DNA from: Paraspadella gotoi
Taxonomy: Eukaryota; Animalia; Chaetognatha
Direction: 5' to 3'
DNA length: 64,000 nt
Assembly: GCA_051294375.1 (NCBI GenBank)
Contig: CM119267.1
Span: 23,460,257 to 23,524,256, forward strand
Below the pieces are notes generated by a model. It saw nothing but the letters and a program-made list of their open reading frames with translations, made no database searches and had not been told where the DNA came from. Made by a program: the position numbers and the translations under genes. This document shows positions 14,954 through 29,791 of the stretch, in pieces. Position 1 is the first letter of the stretch; every line of letters begins with the position of its first letter.

Positions 14954-15300
14954 TATCACCGATTTTAATCCTTTTTTTATCACCGAATGTGATAGTCTGA
15001 TGGCTCATTTTATCACTAATCCATTTATCTCCGATTTTAATCCTTTTTTTTATCATCAATTGTGATAATCTGATGGCTCATTTTATCACTAATCCATTTA
15101 TCTCCAATTTTAATCTTTTTTTATCACCGATTGTGATAATCTGATGGCTCATTTTATCACTAATCCATTTATATCAGATTTTAATCTTTTTTTATCACCG
15201 ATTGTGATAACCCGATGGCTTATTTTATCACTAATCCATTTATCTCCGATTTTAATCTTTTTTATCACCGGTTGTGATAACTCATTTTATCACTGATCCT
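14954..15300. repeat. ~71-bp tandem minisatellite, about 5 units
   Basis: ATCACCGATTGTGATAATCTGATGGCTCATTTTATCACTAATCCATTTATCTCCGATTTTAATC-like units start near 14980, 15052, 15123, 15194 and 15264. Confidence 0.9.
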
Positions 15301-15497
15301 TTTCATGAGCGTTTTTAACTTTAGCTCTTTAATTACCGATTCTTATCACCTGTTGGCTCAGTTTATTATTCATTCTAAAGTTTTACTCTTTGTATTTTCT
15401 TTTGTTTAAAAAAAAAAATTAGCTGTTCGTTAACTGTTAGAATATACATATATATATTGTAGTTCACCCCGCCTATAAGCATGACACCAATAGTCGT

Positions 15498-15570
15498 GAC
15501 CCGGTGGCTCATTGAGTAAAGCAACCAGTTCATGACCACGAGGTACCGGGATCAATCCCCAATGGTACCT
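15498..15570 (+). mobile_element. tRNA-derived SINE-like head
   Basis: A-box-like TGGCTCATTGAG (15505) and B-box-like GGATCAATCC (15549) at tRNA spacing. Possible flanking direct repeat GTTAACT at 15429 and 15646. Confidence 0.4.
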
Positions 15571-16071
15571 ACCCCGCTGGTTCCAAGCCCAGGACTCGTT
15601 CAATTGCTGCCGAGGGGGCATAGAAGTTACGGATAGTAGTCTTTAGTTAACTTACCGGCTTAACAATAATATAAACTAACACCTAATATTAATCACCCTA
15701 ACATCCTTACCGCTACTTGATCACCACTCCCTCTCTCTCTCTCCTTTAATCACCTCCACCCGAATCACTTCTCCCCTTAATCAAGTTGGCTTTTAATCCC
15801 CCAAACGAGTAATTGACTGAGGCACTGATGCAGTGAAAGCGTCGACCCGTGACCGGATTTAAATAAGAGGGGGATTTAGAAAAGGAGGAAAGGGAGAAAA
15901 AGGAGAGAAGAAAGGAAAGAAGAAAGGAGAGAAGATAGGGAGAAAAGAATAAGAGAAAAGAAAGTAAAAAAAAAAAACAACAAAAAGGAATTATAGGAGA
16001 GAAAAGAAAATAAATGAGAAAAAATATGAGAAAAAAAGGATTGAAAATTAAGCGAGAATCGCTAATTGGTG

Positions 16072-16135
<64 letters not shown>

Positions 16136-16170
16136 GTAGTAGTAGTAGTAGTAGTAGTAGTAATAGTAGT
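16072..16170. repeat. (ATT)n-(AGT)n compound microsatellite
   Basis: Direct reading. Confidence 0.95.
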
Positions 16171-16379
16171 AACAAAATAGCAATAGAAAAGTATAGAAAA
16201 GTAAACTGCTCTCAACCAGTCAACTTTCATTCACTTTTCTCAAAAGCTTTCACTTACTTTCAATTTGTTTCCATTGCTTTAGCATCAACCGACTCCTTGC
16301 TAAAGCTATTTAAATACACTTTCACCCTCTTTCCATTCACTGCTTTTTGCTCCCTCTCATTCTCTCTCTCCTTCTCTCT

Positions 16380-16411
<32 letters not shown>

Positions 16412-17527
16412 CCTCTCTCTCCTCTCACTCTCTCACGCCATCTTCTCTCTCTTTTCTAACACACAACGTTCGCGAGCCCTTCGCTCTTGATCACAAACAC
16501 GATTCTCTCTCTTCTCTCTCACTCTCTCCTCTCCTCCTCTCTCTCCTCTCTCTCCTCTCTCTCTCTCCTCTCTATCTCTCTCTTCTCTCTTCATCTCTCT
16601 CTCTCTCGCGTCGTTGCCACGGGATAATTTTCGGAGTAAACACGGAGAGATGGAGGGAGTTGCCCGCCTTCAGCCCTTTACTCAGCCCTAGGGATGAAAG
16701 AAAGATTGAAAGAAAGAAAGATGGAAAGAAAGATGGACGAAAGTTGGAAAGAAAAGCAAAAGTTGAAAGAAACGTTGAAAAATAGGATAAAATTTCTATT
16801 AAATGTCAATTAAAGTTTGGAAAACAAAAATTAGCAAAAAAATAGAAAGTAATTAAAAAAAGTGAACAAAATATAAATTGAAAACACGAATAAAGAATAA
16901 GGCGTGGATTATTTTTTTGCTTCTGCGGTTCCATTTCGTTATTGGCTCATCAACAAAACGGACGACGACGACGATGACGGAGACGACGACGACGACGACG
17001 ATCTCATTTTCAACTTTAACGACAACAACAACAACAACAAAATCCGTCACCGGAATTGATATAAACGTGAATCATCACAACCACAACAACAACAACAAAA
17101 ACAGCCACATCANNNNNNNNNNNNNNNNNNNNNNNNNNNNNNNNNNNNNNNNNNNNNNNNNNNNNNNNNNNNNNNNNNNNNNNNNNNNNNNNNNNNNNNN
17201 NNNNNNNNNNNNNNNNNNNNNNNNNNNNNNNNNNNNNNNNNNNNNNNNNNNNNNNNNNNNNNNNNNNNNNNNNNNNNNNNNNNNNNNNNNNNNNNNNNNN
17301 NNNNNNNNNNNNNNNNNNNNNNNNNNNNNNNNNNNNNNNNNNNNNNNNNNNNNNNNNNNNNNNNNNNNNNNNNNNNNNNNNNNNNNNNNNNNNNNNNNNN
17401 TAGCGTTGAGTACAGTGGTAAGTGGTAACGGCTAACAGCGACCGATCGGACCTGAACGCTCCTAGTTTTTTTTGAAGAGGAACTAAGCGGTCGTTCAGTT
17501 TCGTAAAATGAAATGAGTTGTTCGTTT

Positions 17528-17559
<32 letters not shown>

Positions 17560-19914
17560 TTCGTCGTCGTCATTCTCGAGTTGGCCATAAACAGACAACT
17601 TAGTATTTAACTTGTAATTTGGCTTATATTTTAATTAATTTTTATTGATTACGCGTAAAATTATATTTAATGAACAACTTTTTCCATCGTTTACAGATCA
17701 CGCGATAATACTTTAATAGCCAGTGTAAATTATAATGGCTAACAACCAATTGAGTCATACCGCTCATCACTTATTGTCCAAGAAAAAGGCAGATAAATTT
17801 GAAGAAGCTGAAATAGGATATCTGCATCGACAGAATAACACTTAAATTCTCTCTCTCTCTCTCNNNNNNNNNNNNNNNNNNNNNNNNNNNNNNNNNNNNN
17901 NNNNNNNNNNNNNNNNNNNNNNNNNNNNNNNNNNNNNNNNNNNNNNNNNNNNNNNNNNNNNNNNNNNNNNNNNNNNNNNNNNNNNNNNNNNNNNNNNNNN
18001 NNNNNNNNNNNNNNNNNNNNNNNNNNNNNNNNNNNNNNNNNNNNNNNNNNNNNNNNNGCGCTTGGCACAGTTGGCCTTTTTTGGCTCATCAATTGGCACT
18101 TTTAGCCTTTTTTTTTGGTCAACGCCTGTCTCTGCTCGGTTATTGCCATTATTGGCCTCTCCTTGCTCATTACTTGGTACTTTTAGATTTTTTTGGGTCA
18201 ACGCTTAAAAACATTGGGCCTCTGCTGGATCGGTATCATTGGCCATTCTTTGTTCATCACATGAAACTTTTAACCTTTTATTTGCCAACACACAATGTGT
18301 TGGCATATCCTTGGTCAGTTATTTCTATAATTGGCCTTTCTTGGACCCCGATTGTCGATTTTGGCCTCTTTTCTTTGGCCTCATTTTTTTTTCTCAATTG
18401 ATGAATCGAAATGATGGTTTTTTTTTTCATGAAAATCCCGACGGTCAAATCGCTTACCTTTCCTCTTCTATTTCCTCACCTCCGCAGCCTTTTCTTTCCT
18501 GCGGATATCGCCGCCGCCGCCGCCGCCGCCGATTATTTCAATAAGATTCTTAGGGAAGATCATCAATTATTATCTTTTCTTTTTTTTACCATTTTTTTCT
18601 TTTTTTCTTTTCTTTTCTTTTTTTCTTTTATATTTTTATTCTTTTTCCCTCCGCCNNNNNNNNNNNNNNNNNNNNNNNNNNNNNNNNNNNNNNNNNNNNN
18701 NNNNNNNNNNNNNNNNNNNNNNNNNNNNNNNNNNNNNNNNNNNNNNNNNNNNNNNNNNNNNNNNNNNNNNNNNNNNNNNNNNNNNNNNNNNNNNNNNNNN
18801 NNNNNNNNNNNNNNNNNNNNNNNNNNNNNNNNNNNNNNNNNNNNNNNNNNNNNNNNNNNNNNNNNNNNNNNNNNNNNNNNNNNNNNNNNNNNNNNNNNNN
18901 NNNNNNNNNNNNNNNNNNNNNNNNNNNNNNNNNNNNNNNNNNNNNNNNNNNNNNNNNNNTTTTTTTTTCAAATGCGTCTAGGAAAAAACAAACATCTTTT
19001 GCGAGTCAACTTTGTATTTATAAGTTTTCAATTTTGAATTTAAATTTTAATAGTTTTTAAACATTGAAAATTGAGGTTTGATAAAAAGATAGAATTAGTT
19101 AGTGAATCAAAATCGAATTAAAAGTATACTTTTAGAACATTATAATTACAACTTGAATTTACAAACTTAAAATATTTTTTATTACCCCCTCAATTTTGAG
19201 TAAAAACCGAGTATTTCATCATTATTATTATTATCATTATTTTTATGAAATCTGTTTTTCATTTTCTTTCTTTTTCTTAACAAATATTCATCTTATTTTT
19301 TTCCCCTTTATTATCTAGATGACGAATGACGTTCCGACGCCTCCTCGCCGCCGCCGCCGCCGCCGCCGCTGCTGCTTCCGCCACCTCCGCCGCCGCTGCT
19401 GCCGCCACCTCCGCCGCCGCCGCCGCCTCAGCCGCGTCCTCATATCTATTGTCAGAAGATAATCGTCGTCGTCATCATTATTTCCTGATCGAATTTTTAT
19501 CTCTTTTGTTTCTTTCTTTTTCTTTTATTTCTTTTTTTCTTTCTTTTTTCTTGGTTTCTCTTGGTTTTTTCTTGTCCAGTGAAATAAGGCCTCGTGTAAC
19601 TTTGTGTAGAAAAGTTAAATATAAATTTATGGTATAATTACATCGTATTTAAAAAGGAATTATTTCTTTTTTTAGTGGTAAAAATGACATTCAACATATG
19701 AATCTCCCACGTTGTTCTTTTACTTTTCTCTCACTCTCCACGATTTCCCATTTCAGTCTCAAGACGGCGCTGCAGGTACCTTTCTTCGCTTTTCTATCTT
19801 AGTCTCCAGGACCTACTTTCGTTGTTTTTTTTCACGCAGTTTAAGCTTTTTCACTTTCGTCGAATGTTCACTTTTCACCCTCGAGTTTCTTTCACTGGTG
19901 AGTTTTAAGGTTCC

Positions 19915-19949
<35 letters not shown>

Positions 19950-21831
19950 TNNNNNNNNNNNNNNNNNNNNNNNNNNNNNNNNNNNNNNNNNNNNNNNNNN
20001 NNNNNNNNNNNNNNNNNNNNNNNNNNNNNNNNNNNNNNNNNNNNNNNNNNNNNNNNNNNNNNNNNNNNNNNNNNNNNNNNNNNNNNNNNNNNNNNNNNNN
20101 NNNNNNNNNNNNNNNNNNNNNNNNNNNNNNNNNNNNNNNNNNNNNNNNNNNNNNNNNNNNNNNNNNNNNNNNNNNNNNNNNNNNNNNNNNNNNNNNNNNN
20201 NNNNNNNNNNNNNNNNNNNNNNNNNNNNNNNNNNNNNNNNNNNNNNNNNNNNNNNNNNNNNNNNNNNNNNNNNNNNNNNNNNNNNNNNNNNNNNNNNNNN
20301 NNNNNNNNNNNNNNNNNNNNNNNNNNNNNNNNNNNNNNNNNNNNNNNNNNNNNNNNNNNNNNNNNNNNNNNNNNNNNNNNNNNNNNNNNNNNNNNNNNNN
20401 NNNNNNNNNNNNNNNNNNNNNNNNNNNNNNNNNNNNNNNNNNNNNNNNNNNNNNNNNNNNNNNNNNNNNNNNNNNNNNNNNNNNNNNNNNNNNNNNNNNN
20501 NNNNNNNNNNNNNNNNNNNNNNNNNNNNNNNNNNNNNNNNNNNNNNNNNNNNNNNNNNNNNNNNNNNNNNNNNNNNNNNNNNNNNNNNNNNNNNNNNNNN
20601 NNNNNNNNNNNNNNNNNNNNNNNNNNNNNNNNNNNNNNNNNNNNNNNNNNNNNNNNNNNNNNNNNNNNNNNNNNNNNNNNNNNNNNNNNNNNNNNNNNNN
20701 NNNNNNNNNNNNNNNNNNNNNNNNNNNNNNNNNNNNNNNNNNNNNNNNNNNNNNNNNNNNNNNNNNNNNNNNNNNNNNNNNNNNNNNNNNNNNNNNNNNN
20801 NNNNNNNNNNNNNNNNNNNNNNNNNNNNNNNNNNNNNNNNNNNNNNNNNNNNNNNNNNNNNNNNNNNNNNNNNCGCTCTTTATATCTCTCTCCCTCCCTC
20901 TCTCTCTCCCTCTCTATTTTAGATGCATTGCACTCGTGTTTTTAACTCATCATAATCTCTGATTTTTCTCTCTTCTCTCTTCATTGAGTTTTCCGTCGAA
21001 TTAATTGCCTCAATTTGGTCGACAACCGAAGGTCGATATTTTTTTTTTCTTCGAAGAAAATTCTGATGACTTGATGCTACGAACTGAATGTTCGCTGATT
21101 GCTCGCAGATTGTTCACTAATTGCTCAGTTAGTTTGTCATATTTATAACATACTGTGCTGGATTATTTTGGCATTTCTTTACTTTCTTGTTTTTCTTTTA
21201 TTTTATTTTCTTTTCTTCATTCTCGTTTTTCACCTTTCTCTTTCTGTCTTAGTTTTCTCACCGTTTTCCACATTCATTTTTCAACCTCTCTCTCTCTCTC
21301 TCTCTCTCTCNNNNNNNNNNNNNNNNNNNNNNNNNNNNNNNNNNNNNNNNNNNNNNNNNNNNNNNNNNNNNNNNNNNNNNNNNNNNNNNNNNNNNNNNNN
21401 NNNNNNNNNNNNNNNNNNNNNNNNNNNNNNNNNNNNNNNNNNNNNNNNNNNNNNNNNNNNNNNNNNNNNNNNNCTCTCTCTCTCTCTCTCTCTCTCTCAC
21501 ACCATTCCCCCCCACTCTCTCTCTCTCTCGCTCTGCGTCGTAAAACAAGGTTTTATTTTTAGCTGACAGGAAAATTTAAGCCCCGAATCGGAGGACCTTT
21601 TACTACAACCGCTGAGCAAGAAAAAAAAGTTTAAAATCTTATTTGCATATTGCAGTAGTTTTCTCGGTCGTTTTCTTTTCCTTCGATGCCGACGTCGTCA
21701 GTTTATATTTACAGTTTTTTATTTCGTAAAAGATGAAATTTCGTTTCGACCCAAAAAAAAATTGAAAATTCGAGAAATGTACGAATATTAAATGACGATT
21801 AAGAGCTATTTGGTTTATTGCCACATCGTTT

Positions 21832-21944
<113 letters not shown>

Positions 21945-22327
21945 AACCCTCGATTTAACAGATATTAAAAGTTTCAATCTCTTCAAAAAAAACCTTAACA
22001 AAAAGTGGAGGAAATTAAAAAAAATATTATAAACAAAAATCTAAACCAAAATAACAAAGAAAGATAACAGAAACCAAAAAGTAGATTTTAATTTCGCGTA
22101 ATAAAATTTACGAAACCAAAAGAAATATTTTTTGTTGAAAAGAGAAACGAAAATTAAAAGCGAATCAAATTTTCTCGCGCGAATAAAAAAGTCTTCTCTT
22201 CTTCCTGATAATTCGCAACTAAAATTGTTTTCTCCAATTTTGTTTTCTTATTGTTTTGTAGGTTTCGTCTAAAAAAAATNNNNNNNNNNNNNNNNNNNNN
22301 NNNNTATCTCCTCCTCTCTCTCTCTCA

Positions 22328-22360
<33 letters not shown>

Positions 22361-22478
22361 TTCTCTTCTTTCTTCATCTCTTGTCTTTTAATTTTGCAGG
22401 TTTCCCCGACAAAAAATCTCTGTGTCTCCATCGCTCTCTCTCTTTGTCTCTCTCTCTGCTTTCTTTTCTCTCACCGTC

Positions 22479-22555
<77 letters not shown>

Positions 22556-22730
22556 CTTGAACGACCATCGATGAAAGAGAAAGAAAAAAAATAATTATTT
22601 TCTTTTCTCCTGAATAAAATCAAATCGAGATTTAATAAAATTGAGGAAATGCAAATTTTTACGAGAAAATTTTTCTTTGAAAAACGAGAAAGAGAGAGCG
22701 AGAGCGAGAGAGGAGAGAGAGCGCGAAGAA

Positions 22731-22777
<47 letters not shown>

Positions 22778-24674
22778 ATTTCCTTATAAAGGAAAATCGG
22801 ATTCGTTCTCACGATTCCTCATTAAATTCTTTCACCAAGACTCAACTGTCCTATCAATTCATCACATTCACTCACCAACTCTTCCCTTCGCCGCTCTTAA
22901 CCTCACTTCATCTCACCTTATTTCACCAGAATCTGAAGGGACCTCGCAGGACCTGACCTGGTCCTTGTCACCTGACCGTACCTGTTCTTGTCTTATCTGA
23001 CCTGAAAGTGACCTCACCCAAACTTATCTGATCTGCCCCGACCTCCCCTTACCTGTATCTACATTCTAACTCATTCCTTCGAGAAGGATTCCATTTCCAC
23101 AACCTTTTCACTCATCGCCTCGAGTGGAAAAGCGACATTCGTACGTAAGTTTAACTTGAATTAATAGAAAAAAAACATTTCAATGACAAATTAATATCGT
23201 TAAGCGCCTTCATTTTAACCTGATGCCCTTTTCCCCCAAGGGCCATGCTTATCTTTCACAATTTCACCCTTGCCGTTAAAACACTGAAACTCAGCATTGC
23301 TACCATCCACCAATGCATTCAGAAACGCCATATCTACCATGCACATTCACAAATACCATTTCCACCAATGCCATTCCAGAATCGCCATTCTACCAATGCC
23401 ATTCCACAAATACCATTCCACCTATGCCATTCCAGAAACGCCATTCCACCAATACCATTCCACTAACTCCATTCAACCAGTGCCATGTCGAACTAACGCC
23501 ACTCTACAAATTGCATTCCACCGATGCCATTCTACCAATGCCATTACACAAATCCCATTCCACCAATTGCCGTTCCAGAAACGCCATTCCACAATAACCA
23601 TTCCACTAACTCCATTCAACCAGTGCCATTCGACTAACGCCACTCTACAAATTTCATTCCACCGATGCCATTCACCATGCCATTCCACCAATTCCATTCA
23701 CAAAAACCGCCATTCCCCCCCCGCTATTCAACATGAATTTTACCAGCCCAGCAGGACGCACCCCAATCCGCTTTTCCCACTGAGACCATCGAGTCCTCAA
23801 ACCCATTCTCCCCAACCAACTAAACCCTCCCATATTCACCACCAAGCCCACCTACCGCACTTACAAACCTATCTCCTAACCAGCACCAAATGCCACCAGT
23901 CCAGTGGCTCGTAAAGAATCGCCCACCCCCGGGGCCACCCTTAAGCTGAGCTCATCCCAATCAATCAATCAATCATCCCAATACAACTTGGCAAGAGGTA
24001 AAATTTACAAATATTTGTGTCCCTTAAAAAATCGCAGGAATGTTACGAGATTATTCTTTTTACCATATTTAAAAATTTTTTTGGGGGAAATTCATTAAAT
24101 AATTGACAATTTTATTAGGGTAATTACTTTTGTTTGAAAAAAAAGAATATTTTTTTAACAATATATTTTATGATGTCTAACAATTTATATTTGAATATTA
24201 TATACTTTTAACTTACTTTTATTAACATATTTTACGTATTTATATAATTTCCCAAAATAAACAAAGTATTTTTTTCATAAAGCTTTTTCCAGACCTTCCT
24301 AAGACTTTGTGAAGGTTGTCACAGTGTCACCCCCTCAAACCGCCCCCCTTTCACCGTTTTCCACCTTCCACCACCCCACCTCTTTCTTTCACTCCATCCA
24401 CCTCACGCCACCACCATCTCCCTCTAACGGCGAACATAAAAAAGGCTCGATCTCATCGCGAGACGTCGAACGCCAGTTGGAATTTCCCTTCCGACTCCAT
24501 CCGAGCGACGCCCGCCCGACGCCGTCCGACCGACCCCGCTGCAAAAATCTCATTTGCATATTAATATCGTTTCGAACCGCTCGTAGTCTCCGACGCTATT
24601 ATCATATCGCGAGAAACGCTGGAGAGAGAGAGAGAGAGTGAGGGAGAGAAGGGACTCTCTCTTTTTTATTCGCG

Positions 24675-24756
<82 letters not shown>

Positions 24757-26587
24757 TGTCCTGAGAAAATTAGAAAAAAGGAAAAAAAAGAGGGAAAAAA
24801 TCTGAGATTTTTTCCATTGTTATTTCTCTCTTCTTCTTTTCTCATTATATTTTCTTTCTCTGACTCTCTCCTCTCCTTTCCTTGCCTTTTCCCATTTCTC
24901 TCTCTCTCTCTCTTCTTCTCTCTCTTCTCTCTCTCTCTCTTCTCTCTCTCCTCTCTCCTCTCTCTCTACTCTCTCTCTCTCTCTCTCCCTCTCTATCCCC
25001 CCCCCCCCTCTCTTCTCCCCTCTAACTCCCTCCCTCTCGACGAAGCGCAAAAAGATTCCCCGTGTCAAATTGATGGGCAATCATCACGTTTGTAGTCAAT
25101 CATGTCGAAAGAATCGATGCAGTTATATCGTCTGAACTACCCGAACCAGAAACTGACACTCGCCTCTGCTAACCTCACCCGCCACGCCTCCTCACCTCGC
25201 ATCTTCCTCTCTCCCACCCAGAATTCGATTTTTCAAAGATGGCGCCGAGAACGATCGCGTCACTCGGGCTCACCCGACAGTGACGCCGGATTGCTCGACG
25301 CCGCGGATCACGTTGACGCGCGGTTGAAAAATTTTTTCCGACGTCGCGAAACGATGAGCGAGAATCCTTGAAATCTTTAAAAATCCTTGAGAGAGGAACG
25401 CGGGAAATGAATCGACCTTTTACGTATCGTGATACATGCCTAAAATAATGCCTCAGGTATCACCGAAACTCTCTCAGAACAGGTACTATCAGCAAAATTC
25501 GACCGAGCTTCTCCGGCGTAACGAAAATAAAAAAACAAATTTACTAAAATATCGTACGTATCACGGGAGTTCCAGAACCTCACTACGCCCCCTTTTCCCT
25601 TCTCTTTGGATCACTCAAAAAAACTCTTTGGAATGTCGTGAAATGATTGCGACAGTGTCACATTCGCCGCGTCTCTCTCTCTCCTCCGAACTCGATTCAC
25701 TGAGAAGTGATTCTCTCACGTCACCATATTATTTCAACTTCCTACTTCCAGTCACGCCACGTAGCGATGGTGGGAATTGCAGGGTTTTTCTTAAATGTCT
25801 TTTATCTTATCCTTTTGTCTCTACATCTGTTCCCATTTTTCTTTATTATCTCTTTTTCCCATCTTTATGTCCCATCTCTTCGTCCCATGTCCTGTGCCGT
25901 CGGGCGTCAATCTTCCATCTCTCGTCTATCTCTTTTTCCCATCCTTTTTCCCTATTTCTCGTCGCATCTCTTCCCATACTCCCTTCCCATTCTCTGTCCC
26001 CTTCTGTTCTACCATTCTCCCATCCCAAGTCTGTTCCATCCGCTATCTTCCCATCTCTCCCCATCTCTCCTCCAATCTTTTTCCCATCCTCTCCTCCCAT
26101 CTCCTCTCCTTTTTTCTCATCTCCACAATTCTCGACGATAAAATCTCTCCAATTTTCTTTCCTCCTTTCGACGCCGAAGAAGACAACGCTCCCCCTCCCT
26201 GCCCTAAAACCGCTTCAAACCTAAGGCCGTCCGCTTCAACTCATTGGTCCTCTTCTGCTCCTCCCTCCCTGCCTAAAACCGCTTCAAACCAAATCGCTTC
26301 CAAACTCATTTGTCCGCTTTCAGCTCTCCCTTCCCTGGCTAAACCGCTTCAGACCTAAGTCCGTCTCCTTTAAACTCGTTCGTCCACAGTCCTCTTACCG
26401 CTTCTCACTTGACTTTTTATTTTCTTGCTTAAAAACCGCTTCCAACTATTTCGTACCGCTTAAAACTCACATATTCGCTTTCAAAACTCCTCGCAGCTTT
26501 TGGTTTATCTTTGTCTCCTACAAAACTAACTTTCCGCATTCAATTCTCACTCGAAAAAATCCATCCAATATCAGCTCCGAGATTCAT

Positions 26588-26624
<37 letters not shown>

Positions 26625-27750
26625 CTCTCTTCTCCTCTCTCTCTCTCTCTCTCTCTCTCCTCCCTCTGCCCATCTCCGAATTTCCCCCTCCCTAATTAAA
26701 TTCTCTCCCGCACAAAGGATTTATAACCGCGCGAATTTTTCAATTCTTACCGCCATTTCTTCTCTTTTTATTTTCTAAAAGCGCGCCACGTTTTCGAGAA
26801 TTTTGTGTGCTTCAAACTCGTTGTGCTTGTTCAAAATTTTTTTTGCCGCCCACTTAAGAGCGATCGCTCGTCTTTTTGCGTCAATTCTTTACCCTTTTTG
26901 ATGTTAATGTTTTTTGCGCCTACTTTATATTTACGATTGCCCCGTCTCAAACTGAACGGCTTCCTACGTCATTTTTCAGGCTTATGAGTTTTATTTTTGA
27001 ATAATTAAATTGCCCGCAAAAAAATCCCTTTAAAAGTAAAAAAAAAAATTAAAATGAAATTAAATTTGAGGTGAAAAAAAAATTCCTTAATTTTTTTTCT
27101 AAATTTCATTAATGCTTTAGGTTCGCTTGTTTCGTTTTTCTCCTCTTCAGTGCTCCTGTCTAAAACAAAGAGGCATTTTAACTTTCGAAGCTCCACGCGT
27201 CAAACCGACTCGACTCGACCAGCGCCACCTGTCTCTCTTTCTCTTTCCGTACTCTCTGTTTTTTTCCATTTTTTCATGGTTTCTTTAAAGTACGGCGTTG
27301 AGCGGCGCGATTCGCGCCCGCGGTTTTGCGCTCTGTTTAAATTTTGGACACGATGAGACGTTAAACCGGAAATATCTTCGTCTTTAATTGCATCGAGAGT
27401 TAAGGTGATGGGACCTCTATTACTTTAATTTACAAACATTCTTTTCTGTGACTCTCCGTTTGGGATTTATTTTTTAAAATTTATTGATTTTGTATCATTC
27501 GATAATATTTTATTTATCTATTATCCATTTAGATAATCTATACTTTTATTTAATGTGTTTTTGTTTTGTATATTTGTTCTACTGAAAGGCAACCCACAAC
27601 CAACCAGCACCCCACACACAAAAAATCATGATTCTTTGACTTGTACTCTACTTCTTTCGAACGCTTCGTTCCCTCGATCCCTAGATCCCGTGCCCTCTCT
27701 CTATCTTCTCAGATTATCCCCCACTGCCCCTCTGGTTTCGGCAAGATTTC

Positions 27751-27794
<44 letters not shown>

Positions 27795-29791
27795 TCTCTC
27801 TCTCTCTCTCTTCTCTCTCTCCTCTCCTTCTCTCTCTCTTCCGCGGACTTCAATCCCGTGCGTCTCGACTCCGGATTAAAATAAAGCTCCAGATCGTCGA
27901 ACGCTCAACACTCTCTTTTTCCCTGGATTTTACACTCTCTTTTCAAGGATTTAACACTCTCGGTGCCAACGGCCTTTTACTCGCTCTGCGCCCTTCCTTG
28001 AATCGTTTAAACCTCTCTACGCCTAAGGATTTAATCAGTCTCTCTTTGGGTTTCAACTTCTCTCACATCTCACGAGTTTATTTGAGATTGTTTGATTGTT
28101 TAGATTTGTAGATTGTGATTTGTAGAATTTGCCTAGATTTATAGATCTTTTTAATTTTAAAATTTGCTAGATTTGGTAGGTTTTAGATTTTGCTAGATTT
28201 TGCATTGGTTTCCTCACTCTCGTTTTCTATATCCTGTAAATGTGCTTATAAATGGAATTGTTACTTAAGGACAAAGTTTAATTATTTTTAAAATCTCCTT
28301 TCTTCTCCCTCCCATACACATAACATATACATCTCTCCTCTTCTCTCCTCCCCTCGCCCGAAAATTCTTATCCATCTCCACCACCCGTTATTAACCAAAA
28401 AAAAAAAGTTTTTTCTAAAATCCCAGGCGGAGATCTCCTTCAAGGCGTGCCGAGAATTTCGTCCCTTTCGTCGGTTCTCTTCGACGTTCGTCGTGTCTTC
28501 CTTTCGACGTTCGTCGTTCTCCTTTCCACGTTCTCCCTTCGTCCCTTCCAATGCAGTCGCCTTTCTTTGTTCGTCGGTTGTTCATCATCGTCATTCATTT
28601 TACTCTTCTTTCTTTTTTTCTTTCTTTTGGAACTTTTGTTTTGTCTTGTCCTCCTCTCATCAACCTCGTCATCCCTTAATCTTCTCCTCTCCTTTTCTTC
28701 TTCCTCTTTTCTTCCTCTCCCTTTTCCCCTCCTATCTCCCTCCCCCTTCCTCTTCTTCCTCCTCTGTCTTCCCCCTCTTTGCGATCTCATATTTTCCTCT
28801 TCCCTGTCTCTTCCTCTTCGTTTTTTCTGGCCTTCTTCCTTCTCCCCTCGTCTCCCTTCCCTCTCTTCTTCCTCTTCCTGCTTTCCTTCGTCATCCCTCT
28901 CTCCGTTTCTCAGGTTTTCCGAACTTCGGTTTTCGGCTAAAGACCTCTTAAACTTTTTTAACACAACAACAGTAAAAAAACAACAACAACGGGAGACAAT
29001 CAACAACAACAACTTCTGCGTTCTTCTTAACGAAAAAACTTTCGGATTAAAACCGCCTTCACTTACTTCTCATAACTGATTCAACACTCAAAGTGGTGGA
29101 AAACAGCAAAGTAAAGCCTCTGAAAGTATCATGCGGTTACAATAAACTCTCAGCATAACGAATACTTAAACTAAAAACCGGATCCTGCCAAGTGGGGTCC
29201 GTGACCTGCCTGTAGCCAACTCAACAAAGTATTAGTTAAACTCCAGCAAAGTCTTCATCTTCATTCGACTCCTGTTGAAGTTTACTCCATCGGTCGCCTT
29301 GTTGGAACATCACCCCTTACCCCTCTTTTCTTTCTTCACCCCTACGACTAAACTTACCCCCTTTTTCGCGTTAATCGTCTTCAGTTCCGCAGCTTTAACT
29401 TTAACTTCAATCTCGACTTTTAAAATTCTTCTTCTCAAACGTTTTTTCAAGTTTAGTAATCGAAAAATTCCTCGATTTCGTTTTCTTCTCTGCTTGAAAA
29501 TGCCAAACCTTCAATCTCTTACATTTCCTCAAGAATCTCCTTCCCCCTGCCTTAATCTCTTTCCTTTCCCTTTCTCCTTTCTTCCTAAATCTCTTTCCCA
29601 TTCCTAAATCTCTTTTCTTACCTTATATCTCTTTCCTTTCCCCATCTCTTTCCTTCCTAAATCTCTTTTCCTTTGTAAATCTCTTTCCCCTTCCTAAATC
29701 TCTTTCCTTCCTAATCTCTTTCTTCCTAAATCTCCTTTCCCTTCCTAAATCTCTCTTTCCCTCCAAATGTCTCTCTCTCTGTCTTCCCTCT
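22778..29791 (+). repeat. Copy 1 of a ~6.5-7 kb near-tandem direct duplication
   Basis: Colinear with 32425-38920 from ATTTCCTTATAA..GGATTCGTTCTCACGATTCCTC to AAATGTCTCTCTCTCTGTCT. Differences are mostly small indels. Confidence 0.9.
23296..23715. repeat. ~14-bp minisatellite (GCCATTCCACCAAT-like); shorter copy at ~32950-33125
   Basis: Repeated ccattccaccaatg / ccattccacaaata units. Confidence 0.85.

Noticed and set aside
14954-15300. Regularly spaced repeats resembling a CRISPR array
   Set aside because: Whole units repeat with no unique spacers, the context is eukaryotic, and there are no cas genes.
23297-23914. 205-aa His/Pro/Cys repeat ORF
   Set aside because: Translation of a 14-bp minisatellite; open in several frames and on both strands; not preserved in the duplicate copy.
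25436-29079. Long Ser/Pro/Phe- or Lys/Glu/Arg-rich ORFs, also at 35127-38213
   Set aside because: Polypyrimidine low-complexity DNA lacks stops by composition, and the frames differ between duplicate copies.
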